This document shows positions 13,201 through 25,853 of a DNA stretch of 64,000 nt, in pieces. The first letter of the stretch is position 1. Every line of letters starts with the position of its first letter. Source of the DNA: Octopus vulgaris (taxonomy: Eukaryota); NCBI GenBank assembly GCA_951406725.2, contig OX597826.1, positions 76,074,001 to 76,138,000 on the forward strand. Direction: 5' to 3'. The notes beneath the pieces are model-generated. The model was not told the origin of the DNA and made no database searches. It was given only the letters and a program-made list of their open reading frames with translations. A program made the position numbers and the translations under genes.

Positions 13201-14554
13201 ACTGTCCAAAAACATACATGGTTGACATAAAGAAACATTAAAATGGCTCAGCACTGACCATATTTCATTGCATGAGGTATGATGTGTTTATGGTTTGGAT
13301 TTAGGGTTCTGTCTGGTGGAAGGGGATGAGCCAGTGAGTGAGGGGTTAGCTATCTCTTCTCAAAGAAAAGCTGACATGCTCCCAGAACTGTCAAGAGTCC
13401 ATCAATATCCATTACAACATGGAATGAAAATAAAGAAGAAAAATATTTTCTCTTTTGTTTGTTTTTTCCTCCTTTGTTTTTTTTTTCACTCTATTCCATG
13501 TTATTCCTTATTTTCTTTAAACAGGAATGTTCTGGAAGATAACAGAAGCTTAGTCTAAGAGCATTGGCTGTTTTCTGATTAGCTTAATCTAAATGTCTGT
13601 TTTCTCTCTGCAGCTGTTTATCTTTTTATATTTTTGCTTTCTTTTTATCTTTTATTTTTGTCTTTACCTTCTGTAAACAAAGGGTTTTGTTGTTGTTTTG
13701 TCCCATGCCAGCCATGAGCAAACGCATTCCAACCATGTCCACCTCATCTTTGAAGTGGTATCTAAGACTACATTATCTGGGTACCTAGCCCACTTTTTTG
13801 TTTTTCAAATGGTCAGTCAGGGTACTTTTCTAGTCATCAATGTACTTTGAAAGCTGTTCCTAAATATATGAATTCATTCAGCTGCCTAAGTTAAGCCTGT
13901 TTCCATGGAAATATATATCTTTTAAAAGGAAAAATATTGGTTTCAATTTTTTGCACAAGGCCAGCAATTGCGGGGGTTGGGGGTAAGTCAATTACATTGA
14001 CCCCAGTACTCAACTGGTACTTATTTTATCAACTCTGAAAGGATGAAAAGCAAAGACAACCTCATTGGAATTTGAACTCTGCAAAGCATTTTGCCTGTTC
14101 TGCTAAGAATTCTACCATCTCATCACTTAAGTCTGCTGAATGTATCAGTTTCAAATTCTGGCACAGTACCAGCAATTTCAGGGGAGGGTTTAAATCAATT
14201 ATTTTGACCTTGGTGTCCAACTGGTACCTTTTTTATCAACCCCCACAATGATAAAAGGCAGAATTTAAACTCAAACTGTTAAGATGGTTTTTTTTCTACC
14301 CTACCACAGGTTGGTATAGATAAATTATGCAGCAGAGGTTTAATCAATGTGTTCATATGATGTACTTCATGAGACTACCAAAACGCTCTCCCTGACTATT
14401 ACTGACCTCAACTTTTTATAAGTGTTCGGCTAGTCCTTCTCCAATCTGCCAGGAGTGTCAATGACTCTCGCCATAACAGATGGACAAAATGCCACTAAGC
14501 ATTTTGTCCAATGTCCGCTTGCTGCCTTTAGCCTACTCAATATATTGGTCTCAA

Positions 14555-14880
14555 AAGGTGGTAAGCTGGCAGAAACGTTAGCACGCCGGGCGAAATGCTT
14601 AGCGGTATTTCGTCTGTCTTTACATTCTGAGTTCAAATACCGCCAAGGTCGACATTGCCTTTCATCCTTTCACGGTCAATAAATTAAGTACCAGTTGCAT
14701 ACTGGAGTCGACCTAATCGACTGACCGCCCTCCTTCTCCAAAAATTTCGGGCCTTGTGCCTAGAATAGAAAAGAATATATTGGTCTCAAATTTTGTCACA
14801 AGGCCAGCAAGTTCAGGTGGGGGAGTAAGTTGATTCCAGCAACCCAGAAAGGATGAAAGGCAAAGTCGACCTAGGCAGCA
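14555..14880. mobile_element. SINE family B (+) with an inverted partial copy
   Basis: GGTGGTAAGCTGGCAGAAACGTTAGCACGCCGGGCG head plus the family core. Confidence 0.8.
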
Positions 14881-15369
14881 AAAATAATTTTCTCCGTGAA
14901 AATTGGGGAGGGGGTGAAATTTCCGAAGGTTCCAACCCCCACCCAATCCCGTTTTCCGGACAAAAAAAAGAAGTGTTTTGTGGCTGATTAGGAGGTCACT
15001 GTAATTCATTCAACTAAAAAAAAAATTTCCAATGATTCCGGGATAGAAGGGGGGGGGGGGGTCCGGTTTTCCTCATCCTTTTTCTCCGAACAAAAATAAA
15101 GGGTTTGTGGCACATCAAGAGGTCAGGGTACTTGATTCCCCCACTTCATGAAATGCGTGAGAGTGTACTTTCCCAAAATATAGAAGTCCGTGTATAATTC
15201 TAAGATATAGGCATGCCCACCACCACTACTAACTTATAAATCCACTAAATACGGTTTTGTTCGATGTATTACGATTTCTGTCACCGGAGCCAAGAAACTC
15301 AACCTGCTAGAAATAGCAGCCAAATTTCACTCAGTTCATACCTTATCGTCATAAAAAAAAATGGACACG

Positions 15370-15575
15370 GGTACTACTTGAGAACAGTGGTCCCGGTGCG
15401 CGCACTCGCGTAGACGCGCATCCGCACTAGCTAGTCGTGACTAGTCGATCCTACAACGACTCTCCTAGCAAAGTAAATAAAACACAAAATAAATAATTTT
15501 TGTTAAACAAAGTAAATAAAACACAAAAACACAAAGTAAGGATCAACTAGTCATGACTAGTTCTCTAGTAGTACC
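15370..15575. mobile_element. Merlin-type MITE
   Basis: Ends GGTACTACT / AGTAGTACC; perfect 8-bp TSD TGGACACG at 15362-15369 and 15576-15583. Confidence 0.8.
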
Positions 15576-16384
15576 TGGACACGTTAGAAAATATGGTCTA
15601 GGCTTCTTGTCAGTGTATACGAATATACAAGATGTCCTTGGATTTATGGCACAGTTCGATCAGAGTTGACCCGTTTAGACAAACGACAAATTAACCTTGG
15701 GTTTGTATGCATTTGTTGAAATTGTTCTGCTTATTTTTTATTACTTCTACATCGGTGAAAATAAGAAGGACAGACGGACGGACAAACCAACGCCGATGGA
15801 AACATGATCTACCTTGGCGCAGGTAAAAAAGAAGCATGACTGTCACAACTTGGCAACAAAACGAAATCTTTTTCGAGAGAATCCTATTTCCAACCCCACC
15901 CTCTCTCTCTCTCTTTCTCTCTCCCTGTCTCTCTCGCTCTCTTTCTCCCCCCCCCCCCCCTCTCTCTCTCCTCCTCTGTCGTTCAGGTGAGTTGCTTGTC
16001 AGTCAAAACAATTACAGTCTCACACACACACACACACACACGCATAGACACCTGAGTGTCGGAAATGAGTTTTCTTAAGACTCTCCCTTACGAGTCACCT
16101 GTCTTTTAAGTGAAAGTAAACGAAAGTTTTGCTTCCGCATGTCTAACACCACCGAATTGGTCTCCCTTCTTTCTCAATATGTTCATCTCTCTCTGCCCCT
16201 TTTGTCCATCTATCTCTCTGTCTTTCTATCTCTGTATCCTATTATTCTTTTTCATTTTATCTTTCCATCCATAATTCATTTTCCTTTCTTCGCTGTTTTT
16301 CTCTCTCTTTTTCTTTTTATCTCATTTTTCTCCCCTTTCTAAATTTAACTGTTTTTCCTCTCAACTTTCCTCACACTCTTACTT

Positions 16385-16441
16385 CTTTCTCTCTGTCTGT
16401 CTCTCTCTCTCTCTCTTACTTCTTTCTCTCTCTCTCTTACT

Positions 16442-16472
<31 letters not shown>

Positions 16473-16582
16473 TACTTCTTTCTCTCTCAATATGAAACAG
16501 ATTTTCTTCCGCTCTCTCTCTTTCACTCTTTTTCTCTCCCTCTCCCCCCCTCTCTCTCTCTCTCTCTCTCTCTTACTCTCTC
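16385..16582. repeat. (CT)n polypyrimidine tract
   Basis: Direct reading. Confidence 0.9.
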
Positions 16583-17449
16583 ATAAAATCAGTCACGAAA
16601 CACCTTATCTATCTATATTCCCCGATGAACCAAAAAAAAAAAAAAAAAAATTCATGAAATAATGATTTTATCTAATAATTTTTTTTTCTTCAGGTAATAA
16701 TTCATTACAGTAAATAAGAGGAAGAAAGTGAGTGTGACGCCCAAAACTTTTTTTCTTTTTTCAAGATTTTTCATTTGGTCGGCAGGTGAGTGTAATGGTG
16801 TCGGTAGTGGTGGTGGTGGTGGTGGTGATAAACGTTGCAATATGGAGAAGTAGAGAGAGAGAGAGAGAGAGAGAGATCTTTTGACAGCTTCGATGCTATA
16901 CATCGAGTTGTCCCATCAACCAAACTCATTAAATTTACATCCAAGTGGCTGGGTATTCCAGAGACAAGTGTAACTTTAACACAAATTCTCAGGCCAAATC
17001 AATGTCTCAAGGTCTGTTTGTTTCTTGTTTTGCTGAGAATGTATCCGTCGCTGGAACCCATCTTTCCCGGGAGGTACACTGGTATTCGGTATTTATTAAG
17101 TGAATATAATAATGCTATTTGGTGTTGGCTGTTTTACAATGAACAAAACTGAGTTAAAATTTTGGCACAAGGCCAGCAATTTTGGGGCAGGGAGTAAGAC
17201 GATTACATCGACCCCCGTATGCAACTGGTACTTATTTTATCGACCCTGAAAGGATGAGAGGCAAAGTCGACTTCTGTGGAAGTTGAACTCAGAACAAGCA
17301 GGACGAAATACTGCTAAGCATGCTAACAATGGCAGAATCATTTGCACAGAGGGAAGGGTGCTTGGCACTATTTCATCCGTCTTTACTTTTAGTAGAAAGG
17401 ACTATTACATACATACATTCATCCATCCATCCATACATACATACATACA

Positions 17450-17880
17450 AATGTAAACATAACAGGCCAGATATTGTTGTTTGGGACAGAGGGGCAAAGG
17501 TATGTACCATCATAGAGGTCAGCTGCTCTGTAGATAGAAATATCTCTTTGAGAATCAAGAGAAAAGGAGGATATCTATGGACAACTGCCTCGAAACCTCC
17601 ATCTTCTATATCCAGATTCTGAATTCATATTCATACTCCAATAATAATTGGAGCACAAGATTTTGTTAGTAAATGCTTAAAGGAGAATCTGGATAAACTG
17701 GGATTTTCAGAAAGAGAAATCGACCGGCTGACTCGTAGATTACAAGTGCAATCTGTGAGTGGAACAGTAAAAATATGCAAGACTTTTCTCAAGTTCCAAA
17801 TGTGAATTCGTCTGACAGAGCTTTGTATCTTTGTTGGAAACTGACTCCCTCCTCAGTGGAACATTTATAATAATTAAAAA
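17450..17880 (+). mobile_element. 3' fragment of a restriction-like-endonuclease non-LTR retrotransposon (R4/NeSL-type)
   Basis: KCKHNRPDIVVWDRGAKVCTIIEVSC is an RLE PD..D/E motif; frameshifted and abutting (TACA)n. Confidence 0.75.
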
Positions 17881-18527
17881 AATAGAAGAAACATACATAG
17901 ATGCATGCCTGCATGGACAGATGGAAGAAATGGAATTATGGATCTACAAACTCCAGTGCAGACATTATGGAGGGCGAGTAACAATGAATAAAGACTGAAA
18001 TAGATAAGATGAGACTCTAACCTTTAGTCTGACACAAAAGACATCTTCTCAAATGTCTTCTGCAGCACAATAGAATACATTACAGTCGGCCGAAATCATG
18101 ACGCACACAGCAATAAAGATTGTTGGCTTTCTCTCTTGGGTGTATCAGATATCAAAGAACTGTAACAAAGACACACGAGACAACAGACTAGGATTGTGTA
18201 ACCTATGCTTCCAGGGATAAATAGGTTTAGAATGGTGATGATGATGATGAATGAAGATGATATGTGTGTGTGTATATATATACATATATCATCGATTACT
18301 TGACTCAACAGGTATTCTCAAGCATATATATATATATATATATATATACTTTCATATCTCATCATTGGGATCCAAGCAGCATATATATTTGCTGCTTGGA
18401 TCCCAATTATGATATATATATATATACATACACACACACACACATGCACACACATACATACTTGCAGGTAAATATATATATATATCATCATCATTATTAT
18501 GTGTGTGTATAAATATATATGTGTGTA

Positions 18528-18578
<51 letters not shown>

Positions 18579-18836
18579 ATCTCTCTCTTTATATATATAT
18601 AGAGAGAGAGAAAGATAGATAGATAGATACATACATACATACATACATACATACATACATACATACATACATACATACATACATACATACACACATACAT
18701 ACATACATGCCTGCATGCATGCATAAACTTACTTGGAAATGGATGCATAGCATTCAGTCATATAATAATATAAATAAAATATATCTATATATGCTGCTTG
18801 GATCAGAATCATGGGATATGAAAGTATACGTAAGTG

Positions 18837-19275
18837 AGAGACTGCAGTTTCTCCAGGTCGTCCATACATCCCTGAGGCCAGATGTGGTTGAAAAGGTCAA
18901 GAAAATGATGTTAATTGAGCTCACAGTCCTGTGGGAAGAGGGGGTGTGATGAGGCCTATGAACAGAAGTGTGCCAAATATGAAAGCCTTCTGCAGGGAGA
19001 AGGGATGGCAGGTATGGCTTTTCCCAGTCGAGGTTGGCTGTAAGGGTTCCCTGCACAGTTGGCATGGAGGATGCTTACAGCCATTAGAATGAAGAAAGGA
19101 GTGAAGGGTGGCTGTGCACAGGATGGGAGAGGGAGCTAAAAGAGTGTCTTGTTGGTTTTGGAGTAAGAGAGAGGAGTTAAGCTGGAAGCCAGGAGGAGAT
19201 GAGGAGCAGTGACGTGGCCACCTCCGCTGACCCAACAATGGGTAATGACGTGGCCACCTCTGCTGACCCACCAAA
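18837..19275 (+). mobile_element. 3' fragment of a Hero-like RLE non-LTR retrotransposon
   Basis: TSLRPDVV...LIELTVLWEE and, in another frame, CREKGWQVWLFPVEVGCKG. Confidence 0.7.
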
Positions 19276-19839
19276 CGATAATGAGATTTTAGTTTACTAA
19301 CACACAGGAAAGAGAGACAGGAGGGTCATAAGTGGAATGCCTTTAATTGTAGATTCAACCAATCAGGGCAGTCCTGAAGTTAAACAACAAACAAACAATA
19401 CCAAAATAAGCCAATCAGGGAGCCTCTATGCAGCCATTTGACCTGCAAGAAATAACAACCAAATTTCACACTACCATGTTAAGAAAAAGGAGACATTTGA
19501 TGATGAAATCCTGGGTTCTTCGCTCACAGGAAATCAATGGGATGGTCGAGATTGGAATGCCTTTGTTAAATAACAACAGCAACAATAGTAAATACTACAA
19601 ATGCACTAACAAAGGAGCCAGCCCTCATACGGTCATTTAACATGCTAGAAATATCAGTCATTTTATACTGGGACTTTATGTTACTCCCTTTAAAAAATGA
19701 AAAAAAAAGACAAAAGACATAGAATTACGCAGTCCTAGATATTCCAGAACAAAAAAAGTTGGGATGGTCATGACCAGAACACTTTTGGGCCTACCATATC
19801 AGGGCGGCTGATCTAGGACTGCACTACAACGACGACTCA

Positions 19840-20079
19840 CACTCCTCCTCCTCCCCCTCTCTCCCCTCCTCCTCCCCCTTCCTCCTCCCCCTTCCTCCTT
19901 CTCCCTCCTCCCTTCCTCCTTCCCCTCCCCTTCCTCCTCCTCCTCATACTACTACTACCACCACCACCACCTCCACTACCACTACTACTACTACTACTAA
20001 CACCACCACCACCACCACCACCACTACTACTACTAACACCACCACCACCACCACCACCACCACCACCACCACCACCACC

Positions 20080-20125
<46 letters not shown>

Positions 20126-20215
20126 ACACCACTACTATTATGACATCTATGTGTAGAAGTAGGAGTAGTAGTAGTAGCCATAGCAGTGGTGGTGGTGGTG
20201 GTGGTGGTGGTGGAG
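19840..20215. repeat. (CCT)n/(CCA)n/(CTA)n/(GGT)n trinucleotide block
   Basis: Direct reading. Confidence 0.95.
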
Positions 20216-20331
20216 GCATCAGTGGTTTATGTAATACTTACTTCATTCCCACCCCAACGCCCACTGACGCTTACGAAGGAAGGCAGGAAATTCCAATCAC
20301 ATTATATATGTCAAATTTCACTTCTTATAAA

Positions 20332-20384
<53 letters not shown>

Positions 20385-20574
20385 ATTGTGACAGGTACGG
20401 TGAATGTGACACATGTGTGACAGGTGGTATAGAGGTATGTCTAGATTCAGTTAAATTGTTTTCAAACTCTGTTGGTGACTCTGCACATTTGGAGCCAAGA
20501 ACAAAAACCCATGACCAACGAAGACATGAATGCCAAAACATCTCAGGATCTTTGTTTTTTATAATGCAAATTGT

Positions 20575-20875
20575 GGAGGCGCAATGGCCCAGTGGTTAGG
20601 GCAGCGGACTCGCGGTCGTAGGACCGAGGTTTCGATTCCCAGACCGGGCGTTGTGAGTGTTTATTGAGCGAAAACACCTAAAGCTCCACGAGGCTCCGGC
20701 AGCGGGTTGTGGCGATCCCTGCTGTACTCTTTCGCCACAACTTTCTCTCAACTCTTTCTTCTGTTGGCCTGCTCGCTTAGCCAGCGGGGTGGCGTCATTC
20801 GAAGGCTAAAACAATGCGAAGCGCATTGTGACCAGCGATGTGTAACAACATCTGATGGCCTGGTCGGTCACGGTG
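20575..20875 (+). mobile_element. Full-length tRNA(Arg-like)-derived SINE
   Basis: A box TGGCCCAGTGG, B box GTTTCGATTCC; 14-bp TSD ataatgcaaattgt / ataatacaaattat. Confidence 0.85.
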
Positions 20876-21183
20876 ATAATACAAATTATTCTTTATAATG
20901 GTCATCTAGAACTTGTTCAGCATGACTGATCGTGTGTGTGTGTGTGTGTGTAAGCAAACATACATACATGGAGCCTGATGCAGTCCTCTGATTTACCAGC
21001 CCCCTGTCAAACTGTCCAACCCATACCAGAACAGAAAGTGGGCATTAAATGAAGTTGATATATATATAGATGGTACAATGCAACATCTTTCCCAAAGTTT
21101 CTTCCATTTTCATCAGCGAAGGGGTCCAACACAGAAGTGCCCTTCTTTCTTCATGTTTTTGTATACTGTTTTTGTTGTTGCAA

Positions 21184-21597
21184 GGTGGTGAGCTGGCAGA
21201 ACCATTAGCACACCGAGCGAATGCTTAGCAGTATTTCATTTGCCGTTACGTTCTGAGTTCAAATTCCGCCGAGGTCGACTTTGCCTTTCTTCCTTGCAGG
21301 GTCGATAAATTAAGTACCAGTTATGCACTAGGGTCGATGTAATCGACTTAATCCGTTTGTCTGTCCTTGTTTGTCCCCTCTGTGTTTAGCCCCTTGTGGG
21401 TAGTAAAGAAATAGGTATTTCGTCTGTCTAAACATTCTGAGTTCAAATTCCGCCAAGGTCGACTTTGCCTTTCATCCTTGCGGGGTCGATAAATTAAGTA
21501 CCAGTTATGCACTGGGGTCGTTGTAATCGACTTAATCCGTTTGTCTGTTCTTGTTTGTCCTCTCTGTGTTTAGCCGCTTGTGGGTAGTTAAGAAGCA
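21184..21597 (+). mobile_element. SINE family B with a duplicated body of about 184 bp
   Basis: Second unit restarts at GGTATTTCGTCTG (21414). Confidence 0.85.
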
Positions 21598-21774
21598 GAT
21601 ATATATAGATGGTAACGTTTCTTTGTGCCACTATAACATTGCTGTTCTATGCAGAACTAAGTTACAACATTTTAACCCCAGGAAAACACCTTTTCCAGTT
21701 GGTTAATGACACACGACCTGTGTCCAATATATTGTGAGTAAGGGAGCGAATCATTCTGCTCCAGCTTGGCAAGA

Positions 21775-21819
21775 CCAGTAGACCATGGTTTCTGGGTCTT
21801 TACTCTTCATCTGTACTGG
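21775..21819 (-). ncRNA. Minimal hammerhead motif with a single U4A substitution
   Basis: CCAGTA-CAGATGA-AGAGT(AAAG)ACCCA-GAAA-CCATGG-TC-TACTGG. The inverted partial copy at 22081-22109 has an intact CTGATGA-AGGGT(AAAG)ACCCA. Confidence 0.7.
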
Positions 21820-22410
21820 ATACCTGCTTGCTAGAAATGGCAGTCATTCGTCCCTACTCACAATATATAAACAGAGAAGCAGGAGACAGCCGCTGATCTC
21901 GTGACAGCGAAGTGGCAAGTTTTAAAATCTCTAAGCGAGCTGTAAGTAGTAACAATATTAGACGGTAACTTTTTTTGCCACTATAACATGGCTGTTCTGT
22001 AAGAACTATGTTACTCCATTTTAACCCCAGAAAACCTGTTGCTTTTCGGTGAGTTTGAATGCCATCTCTTGCAGGCAGGTATCCATTACTGATGAAGGGT
22101 AAAGACCCAAACTGAAGGGGAGTAATTTGGCAATTTCCCTTGCCTCATCATGGTCCCTGTTAGTGTATATGTTTTCCTTCATGTGTGTTAACTACAGCAT
22201 TAGAGTGGTTTAGCTCTTATTTCTAGCAATGTGGGTGTTTCCTAACAACCAAGTTACATTTAGGGAAAATTATAATTCTCGTTTTTGGTGAAACATTGCA
22301 AATTGCTGTTTATATTAATTTAATATATACACATTGGTGAATCACTTAATCATCCAATAATTTGGATGACAAGAACATAAAAACTCATGGTAAAGTGAGT
22401 CCAGAAAGAG

Positions 22411-22449
22411 CTGATGAGGCAATGGAAATTGCTGAAACTGACGTCACTA
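22411..22449 (+). ncRNA. Hammerhead motif with eroded stem I
   Basis: CTGATGA-GGCAAT(GGAA)ATTGCT-GAAA-CTGACGTCAC-TA; inverted partial copy at 22129-22150. Confidence 0.6.
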
Positions 22450-22702
22450 TTAAGAATTCTCAATCAGCCCTTTTCAGATGATTATGGTCCCTGTTAGTGG
22501 ATATATTTTCATTAATGTGTGTCAACTAAAGTATGAGGGTGGTTTAGCTCTTATTTCTAGCTATATTTAAATTTAATGAGAGGTTGTGTTAACCTTGTAA
22601 AGGGATGTTTTCATTCAAGGAAATACTAGTTCAATACCTAGTATGTTTGAGGAATGAATTTCCTTAAAATAATAGGTATACATATATATATATATATATA
22701 TA

Positions 22703-22750
<48 letters not shown>

Positions 22751-22756
22751 AATAAA

Positions 22757-23181
22757 TCAGAATCGAAATCGATCAATGGAAATTGCAGCTGAGATACCAG
22801 TGCCGGTGGCACGTGAGAGAACCATCCAAACGTGGCCGTTGCCAGCGCCGCCCTGACTGGCCTTGTGCTGGTGGCATGTAAAAAGCATAATCCGTTCATG
22901 GCCGTTGCCTGCCCCGCTTGGCCTCCGTGCCGGTGGCACATAAAAAGCTCCATCCGATCGTGGCCGTTTGCCAGACTCGTCTGGCATCTGTGCCAGTGGC
23001 ACATAAAAATCCCCCACTACACTCTCACAGTGGTTGGTGTTTGGAAGGGCATCCAGCTGTAGGAACCTTGCCATATTAGATAGGAGCCATGTGCAGCCTC
23101 CTGGCTTGCCAGTCCTCAGTCAAACCATCCAACCCATGCCAGCATGGAAAGTGGACATTAAACAATGATGATGATGATGAT
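22757..23181 (+). mobile_element. RTE 3'-UTR fragment with hairpin-unit array and (GAT)n tail
   Basis: Same architecture as 51310-52131. Confidence 0.8.
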
Positions 23182-23185
23182 ATAC

Positions 23186-23216
<31 letters not shown>

Positions 23217-23501
23217 TGTATGTAGTGTGTATGTATGTATGCATGCATGCATGTATATGTATATACATGAATGTTGATATGTTCGCATCTTTTTCTTGGA
23301 CTTTAACCCACATGGATCTCTGCAGGATTGCACCTAAGGACTCATGTTTTGGTTTCTATAACTTCAGAAAGTTGAGCTGTGAACTTTTATGCTTCTTTTT
23401 CCTTCTCTCTTTCCATCTCCTTATTCTTTCACTCCCTTCCTCTATGTTGTCATCTTATTGATGTATACCATTCACATTTTCCATATTTTTTCCCCATATT
23501 T

Positions 23502-23557
23502 GTCTCTGATGACAGAATATTCTATACTTGGGAATATCCCAGAAACAGCTGTAAGAT
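23502..23557 (+). ncRNA. Minimal hammerhead motif, base of stem II eroded
   Basis: GTCT-CTGATGA-CAGAATATTC...GAATATCCCA-GAAA-CAGCTG-TA-AGAT; palindrome ACAGCTGT. Confidence 0.65.
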
Positions 23558-23611
23558 TTAGAATTTTTTCATATATATATATGTATGTATAAATATAAAT
23601 ATATATATATA

Positions 23612-23675
<64 letters not shown>

Positions 23676-23723
23676 TATATCAGTATTAATAAAATAGATG
23701 GAATGAGTAAAATATTTTATTGG

Positions 23724-23765
23724 GTACGACACATGTTTCGACCCATTCTGGGTCTCATCAGGTAC
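23724..23765 (-). ncRNA. Canonical minimal type I hammerhead ribozyme, predicted GUC cleavage between 23728 and 23727
   Basis: GTAC-CTGATGA-GACCCA(GAA)TGGGTC-GAAA-C(ATGT)G-TC-GTAC, followed by AATAAA. Confidence 0.88.
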
Positions 23766-24298
23766 ATCAATAAAAAAGGTCTCACTAGAGATTTTCCGAT
23801 TCAGTTTTACGTACCACTATATGTCCATCAACTTTGAGAATGAGTAAAAAACAGAGAAGAATTGAAACACAAAAAAATTCAAATATGAACCTGAAAATTA
23901 TACATTCTAGTTTAGAGAAAATGATGTAATGAGCCTTGGCTGTTGTAACTGTTAAGAGAAAGAAAAGTCAGTCGAAGTTGAAAGGACGAAAATTTATATA
24001 CAAACACACACACACACATACGTGTCACCATAATAGCCTTTTATCTATAAATATATCAGCATGTTGCATTGATAAGTAATTTTTGGGTTGGATGGAATGT
24101 ACTTGACATTGATTATTGAGAAGATACGCATCTTTTGGTGCATGGATTTTGATTACAACCTGTTGTAACAAGTCTGCATGAAACACATGGAATGCATGCT
24201 ATGCTGATGCAGTTACTCAATACCTGTTTTGGCTTCTTTCCTTTAAAATGTTGTCATTTTATTTATAATACAGCATACTATACGTATCATCGTTGTCG

Positions 24299-24329
<31 letters not shown>

Positions 24330-24366
24330 AATAGTAATAGTAATAGTAATAATAATAATAATAGTA

Positions 24367-24405
<39 letters not shown>

Positions 24406-25144
24406 TCTACTTTCCCATGCTCTCAAGGGTCTGAAGAAGCATGTTGTGGCCGAGTTTTTCTACAGCTAGACGTCCTATCACCCCAAGCAAAATAAGCTTG
24501 AGAACCCCTGATTTTTCTTAGACTATTCTTCATTTGCAAGTTTAATTAATTTTGAAATGAATTTGCATTTGTCATTTACTTCTAATAATTAGACTAACGC
24601 TACACAGTCTTCCATATTTAATTAACTTTAACTAATTAATATTTCAAGTTTATCTCTCTTTGCCATTTTTTTTTTTTTTTTGTGGGTGAGGGGCAGAATT
24701 ACGAAGTTAAAAAAAGATAATTGTTCTCTTCATTAAAATTATAATTTTAATTAATTAAAATTTCTCAGCTGACGACATCAAGTACGTTAGCATCCATTTA
24801 ATTATCAAGTTTCCATGCAACAGGCTTGTTGTGTATTCTAACCGTCTTTTTCTCTTTTTGTCTCTCTCAACTGTCTGTCTGTCTGTCCGTCCAGCTCACT
24901 GTCTCCCAGGGTTTCTCATCACCAGCTGATGGTGGTGATCACCTTAATTACTTTATACAATAATATCCCAATTACCGTTAGCTCCTCTTCTCCCTCTCAC
25001 TACCACCACTCCTTCTTGTAGGGTGGATTTAAAATGAAGCTAGAGAGAGAGACACACTTGCTTAATGTGGTTCGTAGACAGACAGACAGACTCAGTAGGA
25101 CAGGGCCACGTTGTGACTAAAGCCTTCAGGTGATTATGGTGAGG

Positions 25145-25853
25145 ACGGTGGTGGTGGCGATGGCAGTGCCGGCAGCAGTGGTGGTAGTGGTGGTGGTTGT
25201 TGTTGTTGCGGTGGTGGTTGTTGTGAAGACGGTGGTGGTAGTGGTGGTGGCGGCAACGGCAGCAGCAGTGGTGGTGGTGGTGGTGGTTGTTGTTGTGATG
25301 GTAGTGGTGATGGTTGTGGTGGTGGTGGTGGTTGTGGTGGTGGTAGTTGTGGTGGTGGTGGTGGTTGTCGTGGTGGTAGTTGTTGTGGTGGTGGTTGTGG
25401 TGATGGTTGTTGTTGTTGTTGTGATGGTGGTGGTTGTGGTGGTGATGGTTGTGGTGGTGGTGGTTGGTGGTGGTGGTGGTTGTGGTGGTGGTGGTTGTGG
25501 TGGTGGTGGTTGTGGTGGTAATGGTGGTGGTGGTGGTGGTGGTAGTGGTGGTGGTGGTGGTGGTGGTGATGGTGATGGTTGTGGTGGTGGTTGTTGTGGT
25601 GGTTGTGGTAGTGGTGGTTGTGATGGTTGTTGTGGTGGTGGTTGTGGTGGTGGTGATGATGGTGGTGGTGGTGGTTGTGGTGGTGGTGGTGATGATGGTG
25701 ATGATGGTGGTGGTGGTGTTTGTTATGGTGGTGGTGGTGTTGGTTGTGGTGGTGGTGGTTGTGGTGGTAGTGGCGACGGCAGCAGCAGCAGCGGTGGTGG
25801 TGGTAGTGGTGGTTGTGGTGGTGGTTGTGGTGGTGGTGGTGGTGGTGGTGGTG
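25145..25853. repeat. (GGT)n-type trinucleotide expansion of about 700 bp
   Basis: Direct reading; source of the poly-V/T/G/H ORFs. Confidence 0.95.

Noticed and set aside
18087-18117. GAAA-TCATGA...AATAAA, possible 3' half of a hammerhead
   Set aside because: No CUGANGA half is found upstream.
20575-20650. tRNA gene
   Set aside because: A and B boxes are present but it continues into a SINE body with a TSD, and there is no proper acceptor stem.
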